NCBI GenBank assembly: GCA_048941015.1
Contig: JBHLNZ010000050.1
Span: 1 to 22,530, forward strand
DNA from: Promethearchaeota archaeon
Lineage (GTDB): Archaea; Asgardarchaeota; Lokiarchaeia; Sigyniarchaeales; SOKP01
Length of the DNA stretch: 22,530 bases
Direction of reading: 5' to 3'
Below are positions 8,059 through 16,960 of this stretch, piece by piece; the stretch's first letter is position 1, and each line of letters opens with the position of its first letter. The notes under the pieces are model-generated. The model ran no database searches and was not told where the DNA came from. It worked only from the letters and a program-made list of their open reading frames with translations. A program made the position numbers and the translations under genes.

Positions 8059-8093
8059 CTAATAATAGTTATTAGCATTAAAAATTATAAAAG
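8059..8093. promoter_or_regulatory. Inverted repeat and TATA-like box in the sulfatase/MFS divergent region
   Basis: CTAATAA-tag-TTATTAG (8059-8075), then AAAAATTATAAAAG (8080-8093). Confidence 0.35.
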
Positions 8094-8145
8094 TACATAG
8101 CAATTTGTCTTAATATTCCAGAAATAATTACACAATTTAATTTCA

Positions 8146-9549
8146 ATGTTTAAAAGAAAACATAAAGGTCGGCAAGAAGGAGGTATTACTTTCCATAAAG
8201 TTCCATTTAGTCAAAAGATGTATTTTGGTTTATCGATCGCTGGATTGACATTTATAGGAAGCATGATAGATGGAGCCATGCTGAAATATTATACTGATTT
8301 TATATTATTTCCTGCTCTATCGTATGGAATCGTGCAATTATTATTTGCAATAATTAATGCCATTAATGATCCAATAATAGGATTTTATTCAGATCGAACA
8401 ATACCGGTTGAAGGGAAAGGTAAACGAAAGAGATGGTTAATTTGCTCCCTTCCTCTTGTGGCTATAGGATACTTCTTAATGATTTTCATGATTCCAGATT
8501 TTCCTCACGAATTTATCTTCATTCTCCTTCTTATTGCGTTTATACTTTATGACACTGGTTTTGCCATGAATATGATTAATAGAGGAGCCCTTATGATTTC
8601 GATCACAGATGAAGATAGCGAAAGAGCTTCACTTGTCACAACAAACCTAGTATTCCAAACCATTTTAGGTATTTTTTCATACCTATTAATAATGTTCTTT
8701 TTTGTGGAAGAAGATAATCCTTTTCCTTTACCTATTATAGTTGCTGTACTTACTAGTGTGGGAATTATCGGAGTTGGAGTTGCGTTATATGGTGCAAAAG
8801 GGATAAAAGAACCTATTAAATTATACGATGGAGAAACATTTCCTGAGATTAAAAAGCTCATTAAGGAGGTTCTTAAATCGAAATCATTTATTTTTTACAT
8901 ACTTCTTCAATTTGTTTTGGGTGCTGTTACCGCAACGGTTATAACCTTTCAGGTTTATTATTTTGAAGATGTTATAGGGGTTGGGGGAATTGAGGTTATG
9001 ATAATAAGTGCTATTACGTTGCCCTTTACTTTTTTCGCATATTACTTGGTACAAGTTGTCAATAAGAAATTTGGTCCAAGAAAAGCCCTCATGATGTTTA
9101 TAATGATAAGTGTTATGGCGTTTTTTGTGCTTTTTTTAACCAGAATTTTCGTACTAGCAGCAATTTGTTACTTGATCATAAATATGGGAAATGCTGCGTT
9201 TTGGATCCTTTCTACACCTATTTTTGGAAATGTTATTGATGAATACGAATTAAAGACTGGTAATAGACCTATCGGAACTTTTAATGGAATTAATGCAATT
9301 TTCATTTCACCGAACAAACAGTTCATGATTTTTCTCTTTACAATGATTCTTTCAATAACGGGATATAACGGTGAAGCTTTAATTCAAATTGAAGACGCTA
9401 TTCTAGGAATTCAAGTTGGAGTTGGGCTCATTCCAATAATATTTTTTAGTATTGGATTTCTTATTTTACTTTTCTTCCCTTTACGAGGTAAAAAACTCGA
9501 AGTTGTAAAGAAAGAGATTGGGAAGATATATGAAAAAAGATTAGAATAA
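8146..9549 (+). CDS. MFS transporter, glycoside-pentoside-hexuronide (GPH, MelB-like) family
   Basis: About 12 hydrophobic segments; NAINDPIIGFYSDRT....GKRKRW, ERASL, IDEYELKTG.R..G.F.G, FPL near the C-terminus. Confidence 0.9.
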   Translation: MFKRKHKGRQEGGITFHKVPFSQKMYFGLSIAGLTFIGSMIDGAMLKYYTDFILFPALSYGIVQLLFAIINAINDPIIGFYSDRTIPVEGKGKRKRWLICSLPLVAIGYFLMIFMIPDFPHEFIFILLLIAFILYDTGFAMNMINRGALMISITDEDSERASLVTTNLVFQTILGIFSYLLIMFFFVEEDNPFPLPIIVAVLTSVGIIGVGVALYGAKGIKEPIKLYDGETFPEIKKLIKEVLKSKSFIFYILLQFVLGAVTATVITFQVYYFEDVIGVGGIEVMIISAITLPFTFFAYYLVQVVNKKFGPRKALMMFIMISVMAFFVLFLTRIFVLAAICYLIINMGNAAFWILSTPIFGNVIDEYELKTGNRPIGTFNGINAIFISPNKQFMIFLFTMILSITGYNGEALIQIEDAILGIQVGVGLIPIIFFSIGFLILLFFPLRGKKLEVVKKEIGKIYEKRLE

Positions 9550-9636
9550 GATCAAAATTAAAAAGATATAAACTAAATCAAAATCTTTTAATATTGATTT
9601 TTAATATTATCTCAAATTTAATGTGAATTGAATATT

Positions 9637-11736
9637 ATGTCACTCGGTTATAATGGAAAAATTTTAGTAGTTAATTTATCTGACTCAAATTGGCGAATTG
9701 AAACACTTCCAGAAAAAATATATCGCCAATATTATGGAGGATATGGCTTAGGAGTTTATTATATTTATACTCATCTAAAATCCGGCACTGATCCTTTGGG
9801 ACCGGAAAATATATTAGGTATATGCCCTGGATTATTTACTGGTACAGCAACTCCATTCTCAGGTCGCTATATGGTGTGTGGTAAAAGTCCTTTAACGGGA
9901 GGATGGGGTAATGCCAATTCAGGGGGGACTTTTGGTCCAGAAATTAAGAAAGTAGGTTTTGATGGAATATTTTTTGAAGGAAAAGCAGAAAAGCCAACTT
10001 ATTTATTTATCGATGGAGAAAATATTCAATTACTTGATGCTTCTGAGCTTTGGGGGAAAGATGGTATAGAAACAGAAAAAATTATTGAAAAAGTTCATGG
10101 TCCCCGAGTCAAAGTTGCTTGTATTGGCCCAGCAGGAGAAAATCTCTCATTAATATCCGGAGTAATTAATGATTCAGGGAGAATTGCAGCTCGAAGTGGT
10201 CTCGGGGCAGTTATGGGATCCAAAAGGTTGAAAGCTGTATGTATACGCAGAAATAAAGAAATTGAAAAGGTTGAATTGTATGATAAAGACGGGTTATTGA
10301 ATCATATAAAACAATACAATTCCAAGTTCAAGGAAATGGCGAAAAAGGGAATGATAACGAGAGTTATATCAAATATGGGAGCATTCGCACCATTCATGCG
10401 AATGTTTAAAATGGGCGCCACTTCGTTTGATTCTCCATCAATGCCTAAGATGATTATTCAAATGTTTACGACCTCGCAATTAGGAACCACTTCTGCGAAT
10501 GTTATATCCTCTCAAATGGGAGATTCTCCTGTAAAGAATTTCAAAGGTGTAGGATATAAGGATTTTCCGATGAAATCAGTAAAAAAGATTAGCGGCAAGA
10601 AGATTAAAAAACTCATTAAAACACAATATGGTTGCTTTTCATGTCCAGCTCGATGTGGTGCAATTCTAGAATATGAGCCATTACCATATGCTGAGAAAGA
10701 AACTCATCGACCTGAATATGAAACTTGTGCTTCATTAGGATGCTTAATTTTAAATGATGATCTAGATCTACTTATCAAAGCTAATGAGTTACTAAATCGC
10801 GTAGGTATGGATTCCATTTCTGCAGGAGTTGTTATTGCATTTGTGTATGAGTGTTGTGAAGGTGGATTGCTAACCGAAAAAGACTTTAAATGCGTATCTT
10901 ATCCTGAAGGATTTTTACCTAAATGGGGGGATAATACTTACCTACTTCAAATCCTAGAAATGATGATTAATCGCGAAGGGATTGGTGATGTCTTGGCTGA
11001 TGGTACGCAAGTAGCCTCTGAAAAGATTCCTGGTTCAAAAAACTATGCCATGCATGCAAATGGTCAAGAAATTCCGATGCACGATGCAAGAGCTGATCCC
11101 ATGTTAGCAGTAACCTATATTGCTGATCCTACGCCCGGACGACATACAGCAGCTACACTTAATATGGATAAAATGGGTGTGAAATACTTTCTGGATAAAC
11201 TAGGCAAATTCGAAATCAAAGACGAAAATGATTTGGGGATTTTACAGGCTAAAAATGCTAAATTTAAACAAACAATAGAAGCAAATGGCATGTGTATCTT
11301 TCCTCTCAATATGGGAGCATATCCATATTTAGAAGTTATTCAAGCTATAACCGGATGGGATGTCTCTATCAATGAGTTATTGGAAACAGGACACAGGATC
11401 CAAACACTTCGCCAAATGTTTAATGCTCGTGAGAAAGCAATTCGTCATTATATCGCCCAACGGGCAATTGGTTCCCCTCCTTTAACTAAAGGACCTTTAA
11501 AAGACAAAACATACGATGTAGAACTTATTGCTCAAGATTATTATGAAGCAATGGGATATGAGAAAAACGGGCTTCCGAAAAAAGAAACTCTAGAGCTCTT
11601 AGACTTAGATTTTGCTGTGTTAGATTTAGCTAAAGCCAAAGGGGTATCAATAGCCTTGGAAAATGAATATTTAAAATCACAGGGGAAAAAAGCTTTTAGT
11701 AACCCTACTAAAATGAAGCCATTAAGCGGAGGATAA
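9637..11736 (+). CDS. aor: Aldehyde:ferredoxin oxidoreductase family (tungstopterin, 4Fe-4S)
   Basis: GYNGKIL.VNLS, KSPLTG, GG.FG..IK..GFDGI, IGPAGE, AAR.GLGAVMGSKRLKA, CFSCPARC, PEYET, GMDSIS, fourth Cys in GMCIF. ATG 9637 is preferred to TTG 9628. Confidence 0.93.
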   Translation: MSLGYNGKILVVNLSDSNWRIETLPEKIYRQYYGGYGLGVYYIYTHLKSGTDPLGPENILGICPGLFTGTATPFSGRYMVCGKSPLTGGWGNANSGGTFGPEIKKVGFDGIFFEGKAEKPTYLFIDGENIQLLDASELWGKDGIETEKIIEKVHGPRVKVACIGPAGENLSLISGVINDSGRIAARSGLGAVMGSKRLKAVCIRRNKEIEKVELYDKDGLLNHIKQYNSKFKEMAKKGMITRVISNMGAFAPFMRMFKMGATSFDSPSMPKMIIQMFTTSQLGTTSANVISSQMGDSPVKNFKGVGYKDFPMKSVKKISGKKIKKLIKTQYGCFSCPARCGAILEYEPLPYAEKETHRPEYETCASLGCLILNDDLDLLIKANELLNRVGMDSISAGVVIAFVYECCEGGLLTEKDFKCVSYPEGFLPKWGDNTYLLQILEMMINREGIGDVLADGTQVASEKIPGSKNYAMHANGQEIPMHDARADPMLAVTYIADPTPGRHTAATLNMDKMGVKYFLDKLGKFEIKDENDLGILQAKNAKFKQTIEANGMCIFPLNMGAYPYLEVIQAITGWDVSINELLETGHRIQTLRQMFNAREKAIRHYIAQRAIGSPPLTKGPLKDKTYDVELIAQDYYEAMGYEKNGLPKKETLELLDLDFAVLDLAKAKGVSIALENEYLKSQGKKAFSNPTKMKPLSGG

Positions 11737-11738
11737 AC

Positions 11739-11746
11739 TTTTTTTT
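11739..11746 (+). terminator. Oligo-T terminator candidate
   Basis: T8 run 2 nt after the AOR stop. Confidence 0.4.
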
Positions 11747-11787
11747 AAAATTAATTTATAAATAAAATCTGAAAGGAGGAAAATATA

Positions 11788-12597
11788 ATGGAAAAAAATC
11801 AAAAGTATGCCTTAGTTACGGGAGGATCCAGTGGAATAGGAATGGAACTCTCTAAATTATTAGCAAAAGATGGATATAGTCTTATTATTGTGGCTAAACC
11901 ACCAGAAGAATTAAACCGTGCGAAAGCATGGTTTGATGAAAACATGCCTACATCTAAAATAATATATCGCCAACAAGATTTAGCTATTCAAGAAGCTGCG
12001 GAGGAATTATATAATTTTACAACTCAAAATGGATATAATATCGACATTTTAATTAATAATGCAGGTTTCGGAGCTTATGGATGGTATCATGAATTCGAAA
12101 TCGAACGTGATTTAGCTATGATCAATTTGAATGTTGTTACGAACTATCTTTTAACCCGTCTTTATTTGAAAGACATGGTAGCAAAAAATTATGGAAAAAT
12201 CTTAATTACTTCTTCACAAGGAGGTTTAGGTCCCACTCCTAAATCCGCAGCATATAGTGCTGCGAAATCTTTTAGTTTTTATTATGGGGTAGCAATAAAT
12301 GAAGAATTAAAAGAACTTGGAGTAGATGTATCTATCACGGTATTATTACCGCCTCCAACACGGACAGGCTTTCAACATACTGCCAGAATGGATCATTTAA
12401 AAACTTTTGATAAATCAAATAGACTTGCCCATGATCCAGATTATGTAGCAAAAGAAGCATATGAAGCATTGAAATCAAGAAAAATGATGGTAATGCCCGG
12501 TAGGTTAGGTCGATTTTTATTAAAACTATTTACTCCAACGGCTAGAAAACGAGTAATTCGTCGTTATATGAAACTAGCCAAATGGGGAACGAAATAA
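11788..12597 (+). CDS. Short-chain dehydrogenase/reductase (classical SDR, DltE-like)
   Basis: TGGSSGIG, LINNAGFG, catalytic S and YSAAK, PPPTRTGF; AGGAGG SD at 11774-11779. Confidence 0.93.
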   Translation: MEKNQKYALVTGGSSGIGMELSKLLAKDGYSLIIVAKPPEELNRAKAWFDENMPTSKIIYRQQDLAIQEAAEELYNFTTQNGYNIDILINNAGFGAYGWYHEFEIERDLAMINLNVVTNYLLTRLYLKDMVAKNYGKILITSSQGGLGPTPKSAAYSAAKSFSFYYGVAINEELKELGVDVSITVLLPPPTRTGFQHTARMDHLKTFDKSNRLAHDPDYVAKEAYEALKSRKMMVMPGRLGRFLLKLFTPTARKRVIRRYMKLAKWGTK

Positions 12598-12772
12598 TCT
12601 CGATATTGAGGGTTTCTATCGCATTTTCTTTAATACTTTATTTTATTTTATTTTTATATTTTTAACAAATAAACCTTCAAAATTAAGAGAATTCATTCCA
12701 AAAGCCTAATTATCTTACTTCATATTTTCAAATTGAAATCTATAAAAATCTATTTGTATTTACAACAATATC

Positions 12773-14164
12773 ATGGTAAAAATTACTTTCATTGGAGCAG
12801 GATCTCTCGTCTTTGGAAAAAATGTACTTACAGATCTTCTTTTATTTCCAGCACTCCAAAAGAACACAATAATTTGTCTTGAAGATATTGACGCAAACAG
12901 ATTAGATTTAATGTTTCGGTACATTAAGAAGTTCAAAGAAGATTATTTTGACGATAAGGATATAACAATTGAAAAAACTACAAACCAAAGGAAAGCTATA
13001 GAAGATGCAAAATATGTTATTGACTCCATACATGTTGGTGGACTTGAAGCATTTAAATTGGATGTCGAGATTCCTTTTAAATATGGTGTTTCTCAAACAG
13101 TGGGAGATACGATTGGTCCAGGAGGTGTATTTCGCTTTCTTCGGGCAACCAGCACTTTAAAATCAATTTTGCAAGACATGCAAGAAGTTGGACATAATGC
13201 TGATAATGATGGCATAAAGCCTCTACTCTTAAACTACGCCAATCCAATGGCTATGAATACTTGGTTTTGTAATTCGATAGTTCCAGATTCCACAGTTGGC
13301 TTATGTCATGGTATTATTGGAACAGCAGAAACATTGAGAATTTGGGCTGGTTTAAAACGCGAAGAATTTAGCTATCTATGTGCAGGTATTAATCATATGG
13401 CGTGGTTTCTTGAAGTATGGTATAAAGATTCTTCTGTTCCGAATGCTAAATGGCAGAATGCGTATCCATTGATATATAAAGCTCTTGAAGACGATCCACA
13501 GAAAGGAGAAACTGAAAAAGTACGCATAGATATGATGAAAGCTGCAGGTGGATATTTCATGACAGAAGAATCCCGACATCTAAGCGAGTATGTACCATAT
13601 TATCGTAAACTTCCTAATTTTGTTGAAAAATTTGAGGGAAGACATCTTATAGGGTCATATGGTATAGAACAAGCTGCTGATTATTCAATGCAAGTAAAAC
13701 TACAGGGTAAATTTGAAAAGAAGCTTATGAATGAAATCAAGCGTTCTAAACTTCCTTATAAGAAAGTGCCTACCTATGAATATGCATCTTACATCATTAA
13801 TGCCATGGAAACTAATGAACCATACGGATTTAACGGGAATGTAATTAATAAACAAGCAGGTTTAATTACAAACCTTCCTAAAGGATGTTGTGTAGAAGTC
13901 CCTATTTTTGCAGATAACCATGGGTTGCATCCTCAAGGAGGAATTGTCTTACCAACTGTATGTCAAGCGTTATGTACTTCAAATATTATGGTACAAAAAG
14001 CAGCAGTAGAAGGCGTCCTTGAGATGAATCGAGAGAAGATTTATCATGCTATATTACTCGATCCTAATACCGCTTGCATGTGTTCAACAACAGAAATCCG
14101 TGAAATGGTTGAAGAGATGCTTAAAGCTGAAGCAAAGTGGATTCCTAAATTCCTAAGATCCTAA
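12773..14164 (+). CDS. Glycoside hydrolase family 4 (alpha-galactosidase/alpha-glucosidase, MelA-like)
   Basis: KITFIGAGS, QTVGDTIGPGG.FR.LR, NYANPM, GLCH, GINHMAW, HLSEYVPYY, LLDP.T. Confidence 0.93.
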   Translation: MVKITFIGAGSLVFGKNVLTDLLLFPALQKNTIICLEDIDANRLDLMFRYIKKFKEDYFDDKDITIEKTTNQRKAIEDAKYVIDSIHVGGLEAFKLDVEIPFKYGVSQTVGDTIGPGGVFRFLRATSTLKSILQDMQEVGHNADNDGIKPLLLNYANPMAMNTWFCNSIVPDSTVGLCHGIIGTAETLRIWAGLKREEFSYLCAGINHMAWFLEVWYKDSSVPNAKWQNAYPLIYKALEDDPQKGETEKVRIDMMKAAGGYFMTEESRHLSEYVPYYRKLPNFVEKFEGRHLIGSYGIEQAADYSMQVKLQGKFEKKLMNEIKRSKLPYKKVPTYEYASYIINAMETNEPYGFNGNVINKQAGLITNLPKGCCVEVPIFADNHGLHPQGGIVLPTVCQALCTSNIMVQKAAVEGVLEMNREKIYHAILLDPNTACMCSTTEIREMVEEMLKAEAKWIPKFLRS

Positions 14165-14399
14165 TAGAAACTATTGGTACTATTAGGGGAATGACAATGG
14201 ATCTAACAGTCATTTTAAATCTAATTTCATTCATATCTTAAAGATTACAAATTCTTTCAAGGTAAGAGCAACCCTCTTTTGCAATATAGTTTAAAAAGTA
14301 AGTAGAATATAATTATTCTAAATATTAACTTTCTAAACTAGTATGATAATCCAGATAATTTGATTTGAATAGTCATTTTCATGGTGCAAGAAATAGATT

Positions 14400-14732
14400 C
14401 TATTTTTTAAGTTTCATGATTTCTGCTTCCTTTTCTCTTCTTAGTTCTTTTAATTTTTGCTTTAATAATTTCTTTTTATTCTTGGTTAAAATTGAAATCT
14501 CTTTTTTAAATATTTTTAATATATATTTCAATTCAGAGATTCTTCCCTTTAAATTTCTTTTTTCTTTTTTGATATTCCCCATATCTCGATAATCTTTTTC
14601 ATATTTTGAATAAATTTCGTTGAGCACTGAATCAAATTCTATTGAAATTTTTTCTTGAATTTCAATTTCCTTTTCCTTATATTTTTTTTCGATTTCATCA
14701 ATTATTTTGTTCGTTCCAATCTCATTTGTCAT
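14400..14732 (-). CDS. Small Lys/Glu-rich coiled-coil hypothetical protein
   Basis: 110 aa with ATG start and GAGGA upstream; heptad-like charged sequence; co-oriented with the upstream epimerase. Confidence 0.7.
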   Translation of the reverse strand: MTNEIGTNKIIDEIEKKYKEKEIEIQEKISIEFDSVLNEIYSKYEKDYRDMGNIKKEKRNLKGRISELKYILKIFKKEISILTKNKKKLLKQKLKELRREKEAEIMKLKK

Positions 14733-14804
14733 AATATTTTCCTCAATATATAATAATAAAAGTTTAATGCTTTATTTTTATTTAAATAATCTAAAATGAT
14801 TCTA

Positions 14805-15770
14805 TTATAATTTGAAATAAGGAGACATTCTAAGCAAAGCTAATTTCACAAAGGGGGAGATGATTTTAATACCTAATCTTCTCATTCGGAAGTCATGTTT
14901 CATTCTGTTAACATATTGCTGAAATGACACAGTTTGGAATTGAAGGACTTCTTGGGATTCCTTGGTGTCCATCCAATCAATATAAAACCAATCTTCCTTC
15001 TTCTTTACCACTTTAAAAGCTTTCTCAGGAAGCATTTTTAATCCAAAAGCATCGAAGAATCCCTTTAAAAAATCTCTTTCTAAAAGTTGACAACTCTCAC
15101 CTCCTCCAATGAGAAATATCTTATTAACATGCTCGGTCTTAACGGCATTTGCAAACGCAATTCCGCAATCATTTGAAGAAATAAATTCAATGCGTTGGTC
15201 AAGTGGCATTTTGAATAAGAGAGAGTCAAATTTACGAGGAATTTTTTCGACAGATACGGCCGCTAGCCGTAAAATTATCCAAGGAAGTCCACTTTCTCTT
15301 AATATTTTTTCACATTCTACTTTTGAGTGTGAATAATTATCTGAAGGATTCAAGGGACTATCTACTCTCACTGGAGGTTCTAAATGCATTGTTATTCCAT
15401 AAACACTCGCAGAACTTGCTATTATGAACCTTGGCTTATTTGGCAACATTTTTGCAGCGTCTATTAGATTTCGAGTTCCCTCAATATTTACTCTACGGGC
15501 TAATTCTGGTTTTTTTTCACTTAAAGGTGGGATGATGGCCGCAAGATGAATAATACACTCAATTCCCTTAATAGCTTCAATCAAATCCTTTTTATTAAGA
15601 ATATCACCCCAGATCATTTTAAATCTCAATTTCTTTAACAATTTGGCACATGTTTTTTTATTAGGCGAATTTGGTAAGTCAAAGCAGGTTACATCATGGT
15701 CACGCATAATAAGTTGCTTCAAGGTATTTTGACCTACATTACCAAATGCACCAGTTAATAAAACTTTCAA
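14805..15770 (-). CDS. NAD-dependent epimerase/dehydratase family (extended SDR)
   Basis: KVLLTGAFGNVG, IIHLAA, N..GT.NL, SS.SVYG, YSHSK. TTG at 15770 is preferred because the track's GTG lies within an AGGTG SD-like motif. Confidence 0.9.
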   Translation of the reverse strand: MKVLLTGAFGNVGQNTLKQLIMRDHDVTCFDLPNSPNKKTCAKLLKKLRFKMIWGDILNKKDLIEAIKGIECIIHLAAIIPPLSEKKPELARRVNIEGTRNLIDAAKMLPNKPRFIIASSASVYGITMHLEPPVRVDSPLNPSDNYSHSKVECEKILRESGLPWIILRLAAVSVEKIPRKFDSLLFKMPLDQRIEFISSNDCGIAFANAVKTEHVNKIFLIGGGESCQLLERDFLKGFFDAFGLKMLPEKAFKVVKKKEDWFYIDWMDTKESQEVLQFQTVSFQQYVNRMKHDFRMRRLGIKIISPFVKLALLRMSPYFKL

Positions 15771-15946
15771 ATTAATTAACACCTATTTTTTTAAATAAAT
15801 ATGATTCTAAGGTATATTTTTAATATACTAAATGAGAATGTTTAATTAAAACTTCCTTTCCTAAGAAAATCTTTAGGCTTGATTTCATAGCTCTGCAATC
15901 TGGTTGTCTGTGCTTGCATATGTAAATTCTAATTTAAATTTTAATT

Positions 15947-16042
15947 ATGAAAATAAGTCAAAAGTATGCCTTTGTCACGGGAGGATCCAGTAGAATAGGA
16001 ATGGAACTCTCTAAATTATTAGTTCATAAAAAAAAAGGTTAA
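15947..16042 (+). pseudogene. 5' fragment duplicating the SDR gene at 11788
   Basis: Translates MKISQKYAFVTGGSSRIGMELSKLLVHKKKG*. 15947-16022 matches 11788-11863 at 70/76 nt by manual alignment. Confidence 0.9.
16028..16036 (-). terminator. Oligo-T terminator candidate
   Basis: A9 on the plus strand, i.e. T9 starting 2 nt after the hydrolase stop at 16039. Confidence 0.45.
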
Positions 16043-16851
16043 TTCTTGTTTATATAATCAAGAAAAGCTTTTACCACCATGTGAAATTTGGGATCTGCGA
16101 CAACAGTAATATGGTCTTTTCCTTCGATTTGGAAATGACAAGAACCTGGTACTAATTGAGCTCCTGTGGATTTACCTCTTTTAACTATAGTATCATCAGC
16201 TCCGAAAACTGTCAAAACTGGCACATTGACTTGTTTAAGAGCTTCTTTCCTTTTGGGATTAGTTGGGAGTATACCATCCGGACGTTGAATATCCCCTTCC
16301 AAAACACAAACTAAAGCTTCAAGATCTTGTAAGTGAGAATCAGCATACTCTGAAATTACTTTTCGGAATCTTAAAGCCGCTTTATTTTTAATATCATTAA
16401 GATCTGCTTTTTTTAAACCCTTTATCCATCTTTTCATCATTATTTTAGCAATGAATTTTGTGCTTTTTTTAGGATAGTAGAGTGGGAATCCTCCAATAAT
16501 AGCACTTATAAAGCGTTCTTGCTTTTGAAGTAAAATATCTGTAGTTATTCTTGCCCCCATAGAATATCCGAAAAAATTAGCCTTCTCAATAGATAAATGA
16601 TCAAGTAATTTAACAATATCATCATTCATCTTTTCTCCATATTGAGTAGCATCTTTAGGTTTATCACTTTTCCCGTGTCCACGACAATCTATAAGTATTA
16701 ATTTATAATCATCCTTTAGAACATCTACCCAATTAGTAGCTTTCCAATTAGCTTCGATACTTGCGGCAAACCCATGAATCATTATCACAGGTGGCCCTTC
16801 CCCTTCAATTTCATAATATATTTTAACTCCTTCATTATCAAAAAATGGCAT
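16039..16851 (-). CDS. Alpha/beta fold hydrolase
   Basis: GEGPPVIMIHGF, DCRGHGKS, nucleophile elbow GYSMG, G.DD, catalytic His in GKDH. Confidence 0.92.
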   Translation of the reverse strand: MPFFDNEGVKIYYEIEGEGPPVIMIHGFAASIEANWKATNWVDVLKDDYKLILIDCRGHGKSDKPKDATQYGEKMNDDIVKLLDHLSIEKANFFGYSMGARITTDILLQKQERFISAIIGGFPLYYPKKSTKFIAKIMMKRWIKGLKKADLNDIKNKAALRFRKVISEYADSHLQDLEALVCVLEGDIQRPDGILPTNPKRKEALKQVNVPVLTVFGADDTIVKRGKSTGAQLVPGSCHFQIEGKDHITVVADPKFHMVVKAFLDYINKN

Positions 16852-16960
16852 TGTTATTAATCCTCATAAATTTTTTAGATTAAACATTTATTGTATTTTT
16901 ATTGTCATGCATTATTCTATTTAATATTATATTTATAAGATTTTAGCTTGAATCTAAAAA

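Noticed and set aside
14165-14399. Possible ncRNA or SECIS-like element (ATGAC...GTCAT and AAGAG-caacc-CTCTT stems)
   Set aside because: Stems are short, no convincing SECIS pairing was found, and the adjacent genes have no in-frame UGA.
15841-15946. Slightly GC-richer stretch upstream of the SDR fragment as a further remnant
   Set aside because: The minus-strand translations I read gave only short peptides with no recognisable family.
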